Shown: positions 26,701-39,964, counted from the first letter of the stretch. The stretch is 64,000 nucleotides of DNA from Vezdaea acicularis (GCA_026025075.1 JAPEUI010000079.1:1-64000), one strand, 5' to 3'. Program-made: numbers and translations. The notes: a model not told the origin generated them from the sequence alone.

Positions 26701-27455
26701 ATGGAGCGGCGCAGCATCGTATCGACACGCACCAATGTTCGCAGACCAACGTGTAATCCTTCGACTCAGTACTCTGAATTGCCGCTACCCTCCACGCTCT
26801 ACCCGCTTCTCGGCAAACCGGTGCAATCATCACCCTGTCTCTTCCTTCAGTGCGGTGGGTGTTGGTAAGATGGGATAAAGTAGAAAAGGTGTAAATGGAG
26901 CGGGGGGCCTGGACATCGCCATGGGTGTCACTGACGGAACCCTCTATTCTTTTGCGCGCGTTTCAATCTACTCTGCCCTACACACACAACCACGATCTTG
27001 ACGCAGTTGCGCCTGCACCTGGCCCCCAGGTGAGCCGAGTGTGCCTCGTTTTTCTTTCCAGCTAAGCCTTGTCGATTGGCTTAAGGGTTCATCCAAGCCT
27101 ATCGACACGCAGCGCCCTCGTTCATCCGGGGTCAGATCCTCAATGAGCTGCCTCCACGCTATATGATTGGGCTCCATCCTGGAACTATACTGTCATTCTC
27201 TGGCGCCTATAAACTTCCACCTCACGCAAGGATCATATCTATAGCGCCTTTTCCGCCTAATATCACTTTCTTCCGAGCCTTTAGTTTCGAACGTTTTCTT
27301 TTATTCTGCTATCCGAACCGAATAAATGCCCAAGAAGACGCTGGCCCGCCAAACCATTTCCGACACCACTAAGCATACTAGAAAGATATACTATCATTTT
27401 AGGACTTCTGTACTACTCGACATAGACCTTAGCAACCAGAGGCTTAGTTGAATCT

Positions 27456-28040
27456 ATGGAGGGTCGCCAAAGTAGCTCGTACGGATCAGCCTACAACACT
27501 TCAAATCTATCACCACGCTCTCAACCATGGGATTCCTCTTCTTTACCTTCTCAGGATCGCCAGAGACAGAATACACCCGAGAACCCTTCTGTGCGTCGCA
27601 TGAGAATTGATGCCCTCCTTAATCATAACGAGGAGGATAGTAGACAAGACCGCCCTAACGTACCTGGATGGACTACACCTTCCCCCAGCGATGCAACCCC
27701 GTCTTTACCTGATGCGGTCGAAGAGCGTGATCCAATCCCTGAGCCGCGCGAGAACCGTCCAGCTTACGTTGAAGAGGAGGATACCTTCATCTGGTACCAT
27801 CGAGACGACCGGAATATGAAGTGGGAGGACGTCAGCGCTGCCTTCAATGACTACTTTGGCAAAGACCGCGCTAGATTTGGATTGCAAGGAATTCAGGGCC
27901 GCTACTATCGGATCTTAAAGGATGAAAATATCCCCAAGCTCAGGGCAAGACCAAAGAGAAGGCACCGGCAGGACTACGGCGTCATCAAATGTACGAATCG
28001 AAGGTATCCATGGATGCGCGAGTGGCAGCAGGAAAGATGA
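27456..28040 (+). CDS. Small fungal protein with a C-terminal Myb/SANT-like helical domain, possible transcription regulator
   Basis: Single-exon ATG ORF of 194 aa; PAYVEEEDTFIWYHRDDRNMKWEDVSAAFNDYF...GLQGIQGRYYR has Myb-like aromatic spacing. Confidence 0.7.
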   Translation: MEGRQSSSYGSAYNTSNLSPRSQPWDSSSLPSQDRQRQNTPENPSVRRMRIDALLNHNEEDSRQDRPNVPGWTTPSPSDATPSLPDAVEERDPIPEPRENRPAYVEEEDTFIWYHRDDRNMKWEDVSAAFNDYFGKDRARFGLQGIQGRYYRILKDENIPKLRARPKRRHRQDYGVIKCTNRRYPWMREWQQER

Positions 28041-29704
28041 TGTGATTATCTATCTTCTATTCTTGTTGCATTCCGTTGTCTGATGGTCGCAGGAATCTCC
28101 TTTGTATAGAGTTTTGGCCAGGCTGGGTACTGGAACGAGGCGTCGGGTAGGTCTGGTGGGAGCGAAAGGTTGATTAAAATTGTCTTGGGAGATCAAAGGT
28201 CATGGGACTGGTTGTGTACAGTGCTGTTCCGGTTAGAAGCACGTCTGTTGTTGGCGTTATCTGGGTGCTCTTGTGTTACGACTCTAGGAGCCCAGTCTCT
28301 TCCACAGGTTCTGATTCTGCTTGTTTTGCGTCATAAAATGTACGCGCTATACGTTGGTTTGGAGGCTGATTGTTCTCTCCACATATACTAAGTTAATTCA
28401 AGCCGTGCTCACGTTTTGAAGCAAATCTGACAGCGTTTCGTGCAGCTTCACAGCCAAGCCTTTTTCATAACCAGAGGTCGTCAAGCAATAGCTAATGGTC
28501 TCTGGTCTTCCGCCTCTAAAGACTGAACAAGGACGTTGGATCTATCTGTCAATCGCTGCATCTGCGGCTGGCTTCTCCTCTCAAGCAGTATCATACTCTT
28601 CAAATATTCGGTCTTTCCCTTCAGAATGGGAGTAGCAACAGCATCGAGGATTTTTCAAAGCTGTCACCCCTTAACATGCCTAACGATCTGCTAACCTCCA
28701 CACACGCGCAATAATCAGCTTTTTTCTAAACAAGATCTATTTCAACCACATTACTTGCAGACAGCGGTCTGTCTTATCTAACAAGCTAAAGGGGTCCTCG
28801 TATCACTTCCATGACGACCACACCAACCCAGCGCCGCCTCAACTACCATCTTACAACACTATGGCCCAATCTCTTCGACCAAGTCCTCAGAAGGGCTCTG
28901 CAGATACACTATTCCATGTCCTAGAGGAACTCATTTATGTAAAGATGCAACCTCCTCTCACTCTTCACCTTCCTCCCTTTCCTTCCATGGATGCATTCGA
29001 CCAGTCACTCTTGGCTTTACCCTCCACGGCCTGCACTCCCGCTTTTTATGTTGTAAGGAGCACGTTCACGGCACTCTGGAATCTATTATTCGTGGAGCTT
29101 CCAGTAGTGTAGTGGCTGCCTCGTGTCTGCAGCGTATTCAAATATGAAGGGCAGGGGGAGACCGCAGAACAGTGGAAATTGGAAACAGCAAAGAGGCAGT
29201 TATAGGGGCGAAAAATGAGAACGGTTCCTGACGCTGCTCGCAGTGGTGGTTATAGTTAATATATGGTACGGGCTAGTGGTACGTATGATTTGTGAACATG
29301 AGCTATTGGCGGATTGAGTGAACAGAAGCGTAGGCCAACCACTCTGATTCTGGGTGGTATGCCTGCTGTGCTTTTTGTCACGAAAGAGGAAGTGGAGATA
29401 GCTGGATGGGGTACTCAGACAGAGATGCGCGAGCTTACTCAGACCAGCAAATTTGTATAGAGTTGGACCTTTCTCCCATTGTGACTCATGTTCTCTTCAG
29501 GCTATGGGAAGAACCACTATGATAATCGGGTAACAAGCTCCACACCCCAAGAATAACGTATACAACGTCCTATTCTGGTCCCTCTCGTATCTTCAAGGCG
29601 TTCCAAAGCACCGAGCCACACTGTAACCACAATGCGCTCAAATAGTCTCAGACATTCTCCGTAGTATCCCACCTCTGCAATTCGCCCTTCCTAGCCTCCC
29701 GGCG

Positions 29705-31237
29705 CTACACGCCCCATGCATTTCCCTTCCATGGATACCTGCTCCGTTCGTCGTCGTCGCTACCAACATCCTCCGCCCAATCCTCGTCGTCAGAGGCATT
29801 TTTGCGATACCGGTAGGCACCCCGGCCGTACTCGTCATCCGACCGGACTTCCTCATCCGGGTAGTCGTTCGCATAAAAATCTTCCGCTGCGTGGGGAGCA
29901 TGAAACGTCAGCCCTGCGCCCGCGAACAGAAGGAAATAATAGGCAACGAACGAACGCCCCAGGGTATGGTAAGACGGGGGTAGTCGACCCGAACGCCCGG
30001 ATCTGTCAGAAATACATGGACCCCCCGCGTACCGAAGGTGAAACAAGGAGGGAAAGAGAGAGAAGAGAAAAGCCACCTCCGAAAAAACGAAAAAAATAAA
30101 TAAACTTGAAATAAAAAATGAACCTGGCCTGACACCTTGGGATCACGACAAGTGAAAAATTTCCCAAAAGCAATGCGCGCAAGGGAATTCGAAACCTACC
30201 ATTTGAATCCGCATCATCGCTTCCTCCGCCCTCGCTGTCACTCTCACTCCTTGACCCGAATTCATTCCAGCCCTCTTCGTCCTCCTCCGGAATGACCAGT
30301 ACGCCTACGCTCTCTATCTGGTCCGCAGTGGCATCAACCTGGTGCCGGATATACGTGTCATACACGTACTCCATGCCATCCGCATCCGCATCAGCAGCGT
30401 CCCCCCCACCCATATCCATATCCTGATCAATTCCCTCTGCCACCACCCGCGGGGGAGACGCAGACGGGTGCCGTTCATGATAGCGCCGCGCGGGCGGTTT
30501 AGGTTTCACCTTCAAGCCCGAAACGGTGCGTTGCGCAAAGATCGTCAGCTCTTCGGCGAGTTTCTGCTGATCGGGGGCTTGCGGATCGGCCGCTAGAGCT
30601 GCGGTGGAAGGGGCTGCTCCCGTCCCGCTGGTATCGGGCTGCGGATCATTGACGATGTTCTCTGCAGGGGCGATACCATCCCGAGATGCTATCTCTTCTT
30701 GCTGGCGCGGGCGGGTCTGCCATGTCGTTTTGCGGAATGCGAGCTCGGCCGCTGTGGCTTGTGGTCGCTTCCTGGCGCTCCCTGGCTCAGTCTGCTGCTT
30801 TTGGGTATCATTATTAGTCTTTGGGGCATCTGTGTCGGATTTCTGCAGGGAGAGTAGGCTACGGGGCTTTTTCAGCAGCCGCGTGCGTTCCACGAAGGTC
30901 GCTATATCGCCGGATTGCCGTTTGCGCTTTGTAGCGAGGTGGTAGCGGCGCTCGACTCTTGTTGCTTTTGGCAGAAATTTGTTTGGAGAAGTTGGAGGGA
31001 CAAGAGACCTTGTGCAAATGGAGGTGGGAGAGGAAATGGGGTTGATTGGTTTGATATCGGGGTCGGGGAGGAGCTTGTATGCGAGGTCCCGACGCTTTTT
31101 GGTATTGTGCTGCTCAAGGTCTGCAATTGGGTTAGGACAATGGTTCAGAGAAGAAGGCTCGGGTACGTACAGAGGGCGCCGACGGGCTCGTCAGTACGCT
31201 TGCGTTTAATCAGTATCTTTTCCGGAGGGAGCGCCAT
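29705..31237 (-). CDS. IWR1: RNA polymerase II nuclear import factor Iwr1, 3 exons
   Basis: N-terminal PEKILIKRKRTDEPVGAL, central EYVYDTY and spliced C-terminal DSNAEDFYANDYPDEE signature. Last intron 29887-30199. Confidence 0.85.
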
Positions 31238-31771
31238 GAGGAGTGAAGCTCGTGGGAGTTGAGTTTGGGGATGTGCCGTGTGTAGGCCTAGAGATTCTCT
31301 TTGAGTAGCGGCGCGTTCGGCGTTTGGGTTGTCCACTACTTTTTAGGCGATTGGCATCCTGCGCGCCAAATTTTATGCAAGATATATTTATGTAAATGAT
31401 GAAGGGGTTAAGCAATAGTGCATAAGTGGTCGGGTGTCTTTTGATATCTTGTGACAAAATCATGATCGTTCCTCCTGATATTTTAAACATTATCTTCCCA
31501 TGCAAATCCTGTACCAATCCTCTCCTACTATCACAAATTACGTGATCCAAGATCCCCGTCCAAATGGCCACTACACCTAATGCAAAAAATGCAAGGGATA
31601 TCAACCTGCCGCACGATATGCAGATACCTACAACTACAGCTTAAATCCAAATTTCCATCACTCAAAGAACGAAGATGAACCCCTGTAAATGCCTGATTCT
31701 CGTTACTCCCCATAATGTGATTCGAAATGCAGCGAAAACATTCAAATGCGACCAACACAGAACGAACTTTC

Positions 31772-34634
31772 TCAGCTGCGACTTTCTTCCAGCTCTTTGC
31801 AATACTTGACAAAGGTTTTCTTGTGTACCAGGCCAGCATACTGACCATCTCGAAGGATGCAGATATACCTGAGACCAAGTTTGACAAACAATTCGTAGAC
31901 CAGGTCCATCGGCGACTTTATTTCCAGAGCAACAGGAGCTGGATCAATATATGGCGTGAAATCTGTAGGGTCGACTGATTGGTTCAACTCATCCGAATCG
32001 TCCCACCTGGCTTGAGAAGACATCACACATAAAGCCTCGCTCTCGTTGTCGAGTTTGTCTAGGGCAAACTCGAGGTCAGGAGCAGGGATGAGCCCTACGA
32101 GCACACCATGTCGAACGATTGGTAGACCGCCGTCAATCTCTCCGACCATTTGCAAGTGGTCTAGTTTTCTTCTCAGGGCCACTGCAGGGATAAGAGGAGA
32201 GTTGGAGATGTCGATTAGACGTTCAGCGCGGTATCTTGGTGTCAAATCCTCGAGTTCGGACGTGAAAATGGGACGAGACTTGTTATCCAGGAAAGGATAG
32301 GAGTTCATGTCAGCCAACAAGTCCTGCATAATCTTCAGTCAGCTATCTGCCAAGTGAATGTTTCGTGCAGTAAATACTCACATATATGCTCAGCGGCTCG
32401 AGAGCGTCTGCAGTCCATTTGGAGACTAGAATTGCAATCGAGAAGGGTAAAACATGATCAAGACTTCCTGTCAACTCGAACAGGATAACGGCGAGCGTTA
32501 CCGAGAGGCGCGTAACCCCGCACATTGTCGCACCAGCCGCTACCATTGCATATACTCCAGGTGTAACACAGGCGTCCGTGCCACCCACAGGACAATTGGC
32601 AAATAGGCTAGCGTCAGGAAATCTCAGTGTAAGGAGTTGGACCGTATGCCCCACAATACGACCGAGCAGGCCGCCAACCACCATGGAAGGCACATATATC
32701 CCTGCCGGGACTTTCAGGCCAAACGTTATGATCGTGAGGAAGCTTTTGATGATAAAAGCAATCCCAAGATGATAGATCACACTGGAAATTTGATCCGCTT
32801 GAGGACAAAGACCTGTGCCTGGTACGTTATTCTGATCGCAAGGGCTTGCTAACTCAAAAAGAAGCTCTGTCACAGGTAACTTTGTATATCGGTTCCAGTA
32901 GCTTATTAGTCCTGTGATCAGGGCAACAAGCATAACTTCTAATATCGGCCATCTCTTAATTATTGAGACTCGTCGAAAGGTTCTCGCCCAAAAACGTGAG
33001 GCTTTGATGAACATAGCTCCCGCGACACCCCCCAACACCCCCAAGAGGATGAAGACGATCATCTCAAAAAGCCTCCAATCTGTGATATATCGGATCTCGA
33101 ACAACACTATCTTGTTGGTGCCGTAAGGATCTAAGAATTTGAGTGACAAGGCAGCGACCTGGTGATAGTTAGGTCATGATTCTATACTACCATGGAATCA
33201 TCTTACAATGCAACAAAAGAATGTCCTGAACAGAGTCTTGGGGGGGAAATAGTAGCTATTGTGAAATACCAATTAGCCACTTGCATCTTGCAAAGGGATG
33301 AACTACTAGAATGCATACCTCACTTCCTCGAGACTGAACAAGACGCCTCCTATAGGAGCTCCAAAAGCTACTGCGACACCGCTTGCTGCACTTGCGCTTA
33401 GGACTTCCCGACGCTTTCCATCATTCTGGTTGTATTTCGAGAAAAGACGGCATGCTATATTGCCGACACAGGCGGCGATATGTACATATGGTCCCTCCTT
33501 TCCAAGGCTTAGGCCTGACGCTACGCTAAGTATCAAAGCAAGTGTTTTCACAACAAGCGTTCTGACACCTAGATATCCGTGCAGGACAAATCCACTTAAA
33601 ATAACTTTGACCTCAGCGACTCCGCTTCCAGCCGCCGAATAGTATATCATTGTTGGTGAGGTTTGCCATGCTTTGAAGGCTTCATTCGGGCTAAGACTGC
33701 CTATCCGAGCGCTCTCATCCCGTTTCGATAGGGGGATATGGTTCTCAGCACCAAGATTTTCATCCAGTGTAGATAGGTGTATCGCAGATGGTACGACTGT
33801 CCTTGTTGCAAGCGTCAAAAAGCATGAGGCAGCAGCCAAAACGACGACGAGGACAACGTAAAAGGCGAAGTCAACCCAATCCGAGTTCTTGTCCGAGGAA
33901 TGAAGTGCTTGCGACCAAGTGACCCATGTCTCGCAATGAGCTATATCCACGCAACATTTCTTCTTGGAGAAATACCAGCCATCATGGCAATAACCCTCTT
34001 TATAGTCAAAGATAGCGGCCTCGGTAACGTCGACAAAGTATGCGATGCTAGCCGTTATAAAACCAATGATAGCTACCAAAAGCCAGCCCTGCATGCCGTC
34101 GAACCACGCCCACAAGCGTCCGCGTATATCTTTGCGACTCCTTAGCGCTTTGACTCGAAATGCATCTGCGATGCTATCGTGAACCCAGTCAGTTGAGGTA
34201 AATTGGTCGTACCACACGCGATCGTCCTGGTAGAAAGAAATCTTCGAGTCTTCAAGGCCCGATCCAAAGACACCTCGACGACGCTCCGAACTTAGGGCGG
34301 ATGCGAGCCGCGAACCAAAGGAACCTGAACGATTGTGGTGTCGGCTTGCGTGCCGAACGCTGCCCCCGTGGCTTATCTGTGGTCGAGGGGTATCAGGCAC
34401 GCTTGCATAGCTTTGAAATGCTGAACCAACATAACTCAAAAGACTGGTATTCTCGTCAATAATGAAAGGGCGCGATGGCATCCTACTGCGTAGATCAACG
34501 TCCGACGTGCGCGCAGAACCCAATGTTCGTCTTGTAGCTGTGGGAGATTTGATCATCGAGGCGGACAGCGATGATATAGAGCTAGGATCGTCTTCTTCTT
34601 CGAATTCCTTACTAAGTATGGTAGATCGCGGCAT
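31772..34634 (-). CDS. CLC-family chloride channel/antiporter (Gef1-like) with C-terminal CBS domains, 4 exons; start codon uncertain
   Basis: YDQFTSTDW, GSGVAEVK, LGKEGP, FGAPIGGVLFSLEE, PAGIYVPSM, VILFELTG. Confidence 0.93.
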
Positions 34635-35486
34635 CCTTGTCTGACTACAAGCTCCCGTAGGAGTACACCTTACAGGGAATAGAGACAAGGAAAAGGAGCA
34701 TCCGAATGGCTCGATAAGCCTGTTGGATGTATGAAGATCTCGATCTGACAGGGATGAAGAGATCTTGTATGACTGGAGACAGGCACTATGGCAGCGGCGA
34801 CGTGCATCTCAGACGAGAACTGCTGTCATACAAAGGGTGATTGGGCATGCGTTCATGACTATGTCCCTTGCATAGAGAAGCCAGACTTCTTTGAGCGGTG
34901 AAAATGATGACGGCTTAGGAGTGTACAGGAAGGATTGCAGCCGGCATAGCTAGCCGTGCATACATCGGATTCTAGCAAGCTATGTTCTCGGCGTCGTTGC
35001 AGGCAGCCGGACACACCACCAAGGAGGGCCGAGGAGAATCGACAAGGATACAGCTTCTCGTCATGACGACAGAGTTGATACTTATAGCGAGAGGGCTAAG
35101 GTTGAAAGTAGAGAGGAGAGGAGGGTGGTAAGATGAGACCACCGCTTGATGACCTTTAAGCACGAGCGGGATTGCCTAAGTCGATGGTGTTGCAGTCCAT
35201 CCATCTGACCTGATCACGTTCAGGCCTCGGCTTCCGCCCGAGAGCCGCCCAAAACGACTAGGGAGAGGCCGAGCCCGTCGCTTAGCCTGCCGGTAATTCA
35301 TGATTGGTCCAGGCGTTTCAAAGAGCTCCAAGCGGGCAATTTGTCGGATGACCTAAAAGTGTGGGGTGGTCCCAAACGCGATCGATGATTCGCAGCCGTT
35401 GCAGCCACTGTCTTGTAAAATACACAAGACTAACGATTATACCTCAGCCCGGCGCAAGCTAGACCTTGTTTACTGCCGCAATAGCC

Positions 35487-36600
35487 ATGGTCAGTAACCT
35501 CATGAGCATGCAAATAGCTGTTGGAATCTCAGTTTTGAAGTCGCGCAGCTCAATGCTTGTTTCGTTCACTTTACTTCGATAACACTAAATCGTCGATAGA
35601 AACCATACGACAAGTTCCTCCTTTTCGGGGACTCTATAACCCAGCAAACCAACACCCAGAACGGGGGTACCTTTGTATATCAAGCTGCTCTTCAAGATGG
35701 TACGGCCCTAGTAACATCTCTGTTCACTTTTCATTTGATTTGCGATCGTTCGCTAAAGGTTACTTCCAGCCTATATCAGGCGTCTGGATGTTGTCAATAG
35801 GGGTTTCAGGTACTTCACAGCTTCACCGACATTCCATCGTACCACTCTGATATGGTCGGTTACCGGACAGTGGATATAACAGCGCTCAAGCTTTGAGGAT
35901 ACTTCCAGACGTCATTACGCCGCCGGAGCAAGGAAGAATTCGATTAATGGTCGGAACACCCACGTTCTAGAAGCATGGCTCTGGATGTAAATGCTGAAGG
36001 CCGAGCAGACCATATTTTTCGGGGCAAACGATTCTTGTCTCCCAGGCTCAGAAACAGGTCAACATGTTGCAGCGGGCCTATTCCAAGAGAACCTGAAGAA
36101 TATCATTACGCATCCGGCTGTCCAAGCTCACAACCCTCGGATTATCCTGATCACCCCTCCTCCTATTGACGAATATGCCTTGGGAGAGTGGGATGATAGT
36201 AAAGGGTATTCTAGACCAAGCCGGCTGGCTGCGCATACACAATGCTACGTAACACTTACTCGAAACGTTGCGCAGGAGCTTAATGTTGACGTCATCAATC
36301 TCTGGGGGGTCTTCATGGATTCATTGGGATGGCGATCCGGAGAACCTTTGATTGGCGCAAAACCGGTTGAAAGAAATGCGGCGTTAAGGGAGTTATTGCA
36401 CGATGGTGAGTCCCAGCTTTGTGCTTCATGAGTGCTGGTTCAGGAAATGATAATTTCAACGTGAAGGTCTACATCTCACGTCCAAGGGTTATGAAATGCT
36501 CTTTCAAAGTTTGATGAGTAAGATTCAAGCTAGCTGTCCTGATCTGCTCCCAGAAAACATTCCACAAGTTTTCCCTCCTTATGAAGAAGCTCCGGTGTAG
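35487..36600 (+). CDS. IAH1: SGNH/GDSL esterase (isoamyl acetate-hydrolysing esterase family), multi-exon
   Basis: Spliced blocks LLFGDSITQ, YIRRLDVVNRGFSGYNS, IFFGANDS, ILITPPP and DGLH. First coding exon appears to be the ATG alone. Confidence 0.88.
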
Positions 36601-37968
36601 TTTAGATGTAAAGTTTGGATCTTGACGGTCGTCAGATTTGTCTATCCAGGACACTTCTGGTGCTCTGCAGAAGGGTTAGAGATCGATCATGTAAAATCGG
36701 TGGAAAAGTTATAGAGCTATAACGATAGATTGATTTAGCACTCTTAAATAGGATCTACAAGATGCGGCCTCATACTTACTCTCCTCTAACATTCGCAGAA
36801 TGAGATCTATGAATTGTTTTTCAGACAACATCACGATTAAGGCAATGGAAGACTTTCTGTTGCCTTAGTTTTACTTATGCACACGAGCATGTGCTGGGTT
36901 AGACTTAAAAACCTTCAGTAAATACTTAAGTCACTAATGTACCAATGTGCCGTATCTCAGAAGACTTCCGACAAACTACCTAACGCTGACTGCCTCGCAA
37001 ATCAATAATTGAGTGTTATTTACGGGTCTGGCTACTTTCTCACACTAGCGAAGCAAAGTAAGATCACTTACAACTCAATTTTTGGCTCAACTGAGCCAAT
37101 TTACCGTACTTGACTTCTTGACTCAGAGCACTCCTTCACCTAAAGCAAACTTCTTAGTATAGTCAAAAGATTTATGCTGCAGCTCTTCAACCCAACCCGC
37201 AATAGTTTAGTAGTTGACACTTGCTTTTCGGAGGCTTTGGCCAAAGAGTGTAACTACCAAGCGAAGGCAAACGACGTTGAACTTTTCAATCTTTAGATTC
37301 TATGTCAAGCGCGCCCGCCCGGAAGCTTTGATACTGCTCAGCCTTCCTCCTCTTTCCTCTACCTTGTGTAAGAACGCCTTTCTAAACAAAACTTTGGCAT
37401 CTCTGCTCGGCTAGGCTCCAAAACTCTCACTGTGCAGACGCTTCATTCACTTTCAGCTATACAGTAAAAGTAGATCGGGTGCACAACGGTCCTCTGGCTT
37501 TCCTACAAGCTCACTAGACCCACTTTAAGTCTTAGTGGCGACCACGCTCCCACATATGTGAAGAGATATCGAAACTTCACTTAGTCCGCTTTCACTTGTC
37601 GGAGCAGAGTCCAAGGTTCGATCTCTTAGTGCACTTCACGACCCGCTAAGCTTCCAGCTCCTGCTTCGACAAGTCTACGAGTACAGCTGTCTTCCACTCT
37701 CTCCACGCTCAAGTACCCTTGCTTTACGTCGACACTACCTACTAGAAATACCAAATAGACCGGAGAGATTGCTGCTATCGAAGAGAACTAATAAAGAGAC
37801 GTAGAGCTGGCGGCAAGGGTGGCGGGTGCCTTCTTCGAGGAGGGAGGGGCGTGCTGCCTCTCACGTGGAGGAAGGCCAGCAGCCAGCGAGGATACAGAAA
37901 GTCGTGCTACAGCAGAATTCAAGGGTTCAATTGAAGGTCAATAAACAACTTGCCCAGACGGCTGCATC

Positions 37969-39964
37969 ATGGATCGAGGCCCGCCCGCGAGCTCCGAAGA
38001 CCCTTGCCATTGCCAAATGGAGTTGAGAAAAGTCAAATCCTCAGTTGAGACAATTGACAGCCGTGTTACTCGATTAGAAAACGATAAGAAACTAAAGGCT
38101 TTATGGGACTCACCCTCTTCAATGCCTGGCGGGACAGCGAGCGAGACTCCGCACCCCGGTATGGAAGTTCATTTTCCTAGTAAAATCTCTTAACAACCCT
38201 TGCTTTCATTATTAGCTTGCTAACATCAGCTCTCTAGAAGTTTCCCTCAATCCCCAAGCTGAAGCATTTAGGTCATTGGATCAACTTCACAAATATCCGG
38301 CTCTTAATAATAATCCCTTCAGTATGGATTTTGAACAAAGGCGAGGAAACTCCCAAGCAAACAGCGTTAGGTTTGACGAGAGCGCGATGCAAGGCCATGG
38401 CACCCAAGGCTCTAGGTCCTCCGTTGATTTTCTTCCACCACGCTCGGGAAGCGCGCTTGGTAACCCTATGATGGAGCGATCACTGTCCTACAAATCGGAC
38501 GGCCGGCAGAGCTCTGCAGGTCAATCGTTTCGGACCAATAGTCTACGACTTGACACGCGATCCCTAGCGATCGATGATGAAGAATCTCCCTTGGAAGTAG
38601 TCGGCCCCCCTCCCGGGATGTTTCTCATGGGAATGACTCCCTCAATTATTCGGTGCTGGCTCACGACCACGTACTCCCATGAAACTCTTCTTTATGCTGC
38701 CATTTGTACTGGCTCGAACAAGTCTCTAATTGATCGACATCTTGTCACCCGCCTAGGACTGGAGGAACACATGGTGAAGCAAGAGGACAGGCTAGATGTG
38801 CTTAAAATCCCGGTTTATCTACCAGAGGCATTTGTGATTGGGTCAGTATCACACAGCTCCAACGGTGCCTCCCAGCTTCCCAAGCTTGAGGTCAGCTTTA
38901 CAGTTGTTTCGCGAGTTGAAGACTCATACAAGAAAAGCATTCAAGTCTTCTTGGGTAGTGACACTTTACGAAGATACAACGCGGACATCTTGTTCTCGCA
39001 GAACAGCTTGACGCTGCTTGGTCATGACCGTAGCAAATTATCCGTACCTCTTGTTTGCCCGGAGGATGAAGGCATGTTTACTAACCTTGGAACGGTTGAC
39101 TTGGGTCCCAAAGCTCACCGGCTAGAATCGACTAGATCGTCTCCAGCATTCTCTGGCAGGAAGTATACTAGTGCTAACGCAACAGGGGAAAGCGCCAATG
39201 GACACGACTCTGGAGTCTCTATCGATGGAAATCCACTTGACTTGGCCGAAAGTCGAGAGTCTATCGAGAAGCTGCGAGCCTCGCCTATCAATTCACCGGC
39301 TATCACGGACCCACCATCACTACCTGTCACAGGAGCTGGCCGTGAAAGCAAGCTGTCATTAGTTGGCACTGTCGAGAGGATGGCTGGTGAATCCAGATAT
39401 TTTTCCTCTCAGCCTGTTGAGCAAAATTTGCATGAGGTAGACGGAGCGAGAAGGAAATCAGTTGAATTTGTCCGGGATGATCAAGTTGCTGACAAGCCTT
39501 CAATCAACGACCAAAGTACTCATTCTAGTACCGAACACATACCTCGCAGAAGCTCAAGTAGTTCCCCGTGGGGGTCCTGGAGACGTGATGACGGTCAAAG
39601 CTCGCCCTTCGATAGCCTTTCGGCAAGGAGTATGGCATCTAATCGAGGAACCCGCGGCCGAAACATGAAAGTCCTGCGACCCTCTAAGACTTCAGTGTCG
39701 ATCCCTGCACGATCGCCATCTGGCCAGAACTCGTCGACTGATGTATGGAGAACGGAACTCCAAGCGGAGGCTTCTCGAAAGAATGAGTCAGACAAAGCCC
39801 CAGGTGCTAAGCCTGCGAAAACAGAACCTATCTCACCTTCTATACCAAAGCTATCAAAGTCTACCACAAGCGCCTCGACGTCCGCGAACCCGATCGGGGG
39901 TGCCTCCGCTTTCCCGTGGCTCAAGTCAACTCCTAAGAAGCCACAGTCAGGTACGGCCGATTGA
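37969..39964 (+). CDS. Uncharacterised fungal protein: short coiled coil, PAM2-like motif, degenerate retropepsin-like domain, Ser-rich tail, 2 exons
   Basis: ORF 37969-38158 joins the 562-aa ORF through a predicted intron ~38159-38237 (gtatgg...gctaac...ctctag). Confidence 0.8.

Noticed and set aside
28861..29112. 83-aa ATG ORF between the Myb-like gene and IWR1
   Set aside because: No motif or coding signal that I can support.
36598..36720. Stop-codon readthrough to a cryptic peroxisomal signal in IAH1 (extension ends EKL)
   Set aside because: Stop context TAG-TTT is not a readthrough motif and EKL is not a standard PTS1.
37531..37544. 14-mer CTTAGTGGCGACCA also present on the minus strand near 52640-52653 upstream of eIF5
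   Set aside because: Several 14-mer matches are expected by chance across both strands of 64 kb, and the match does not extend.
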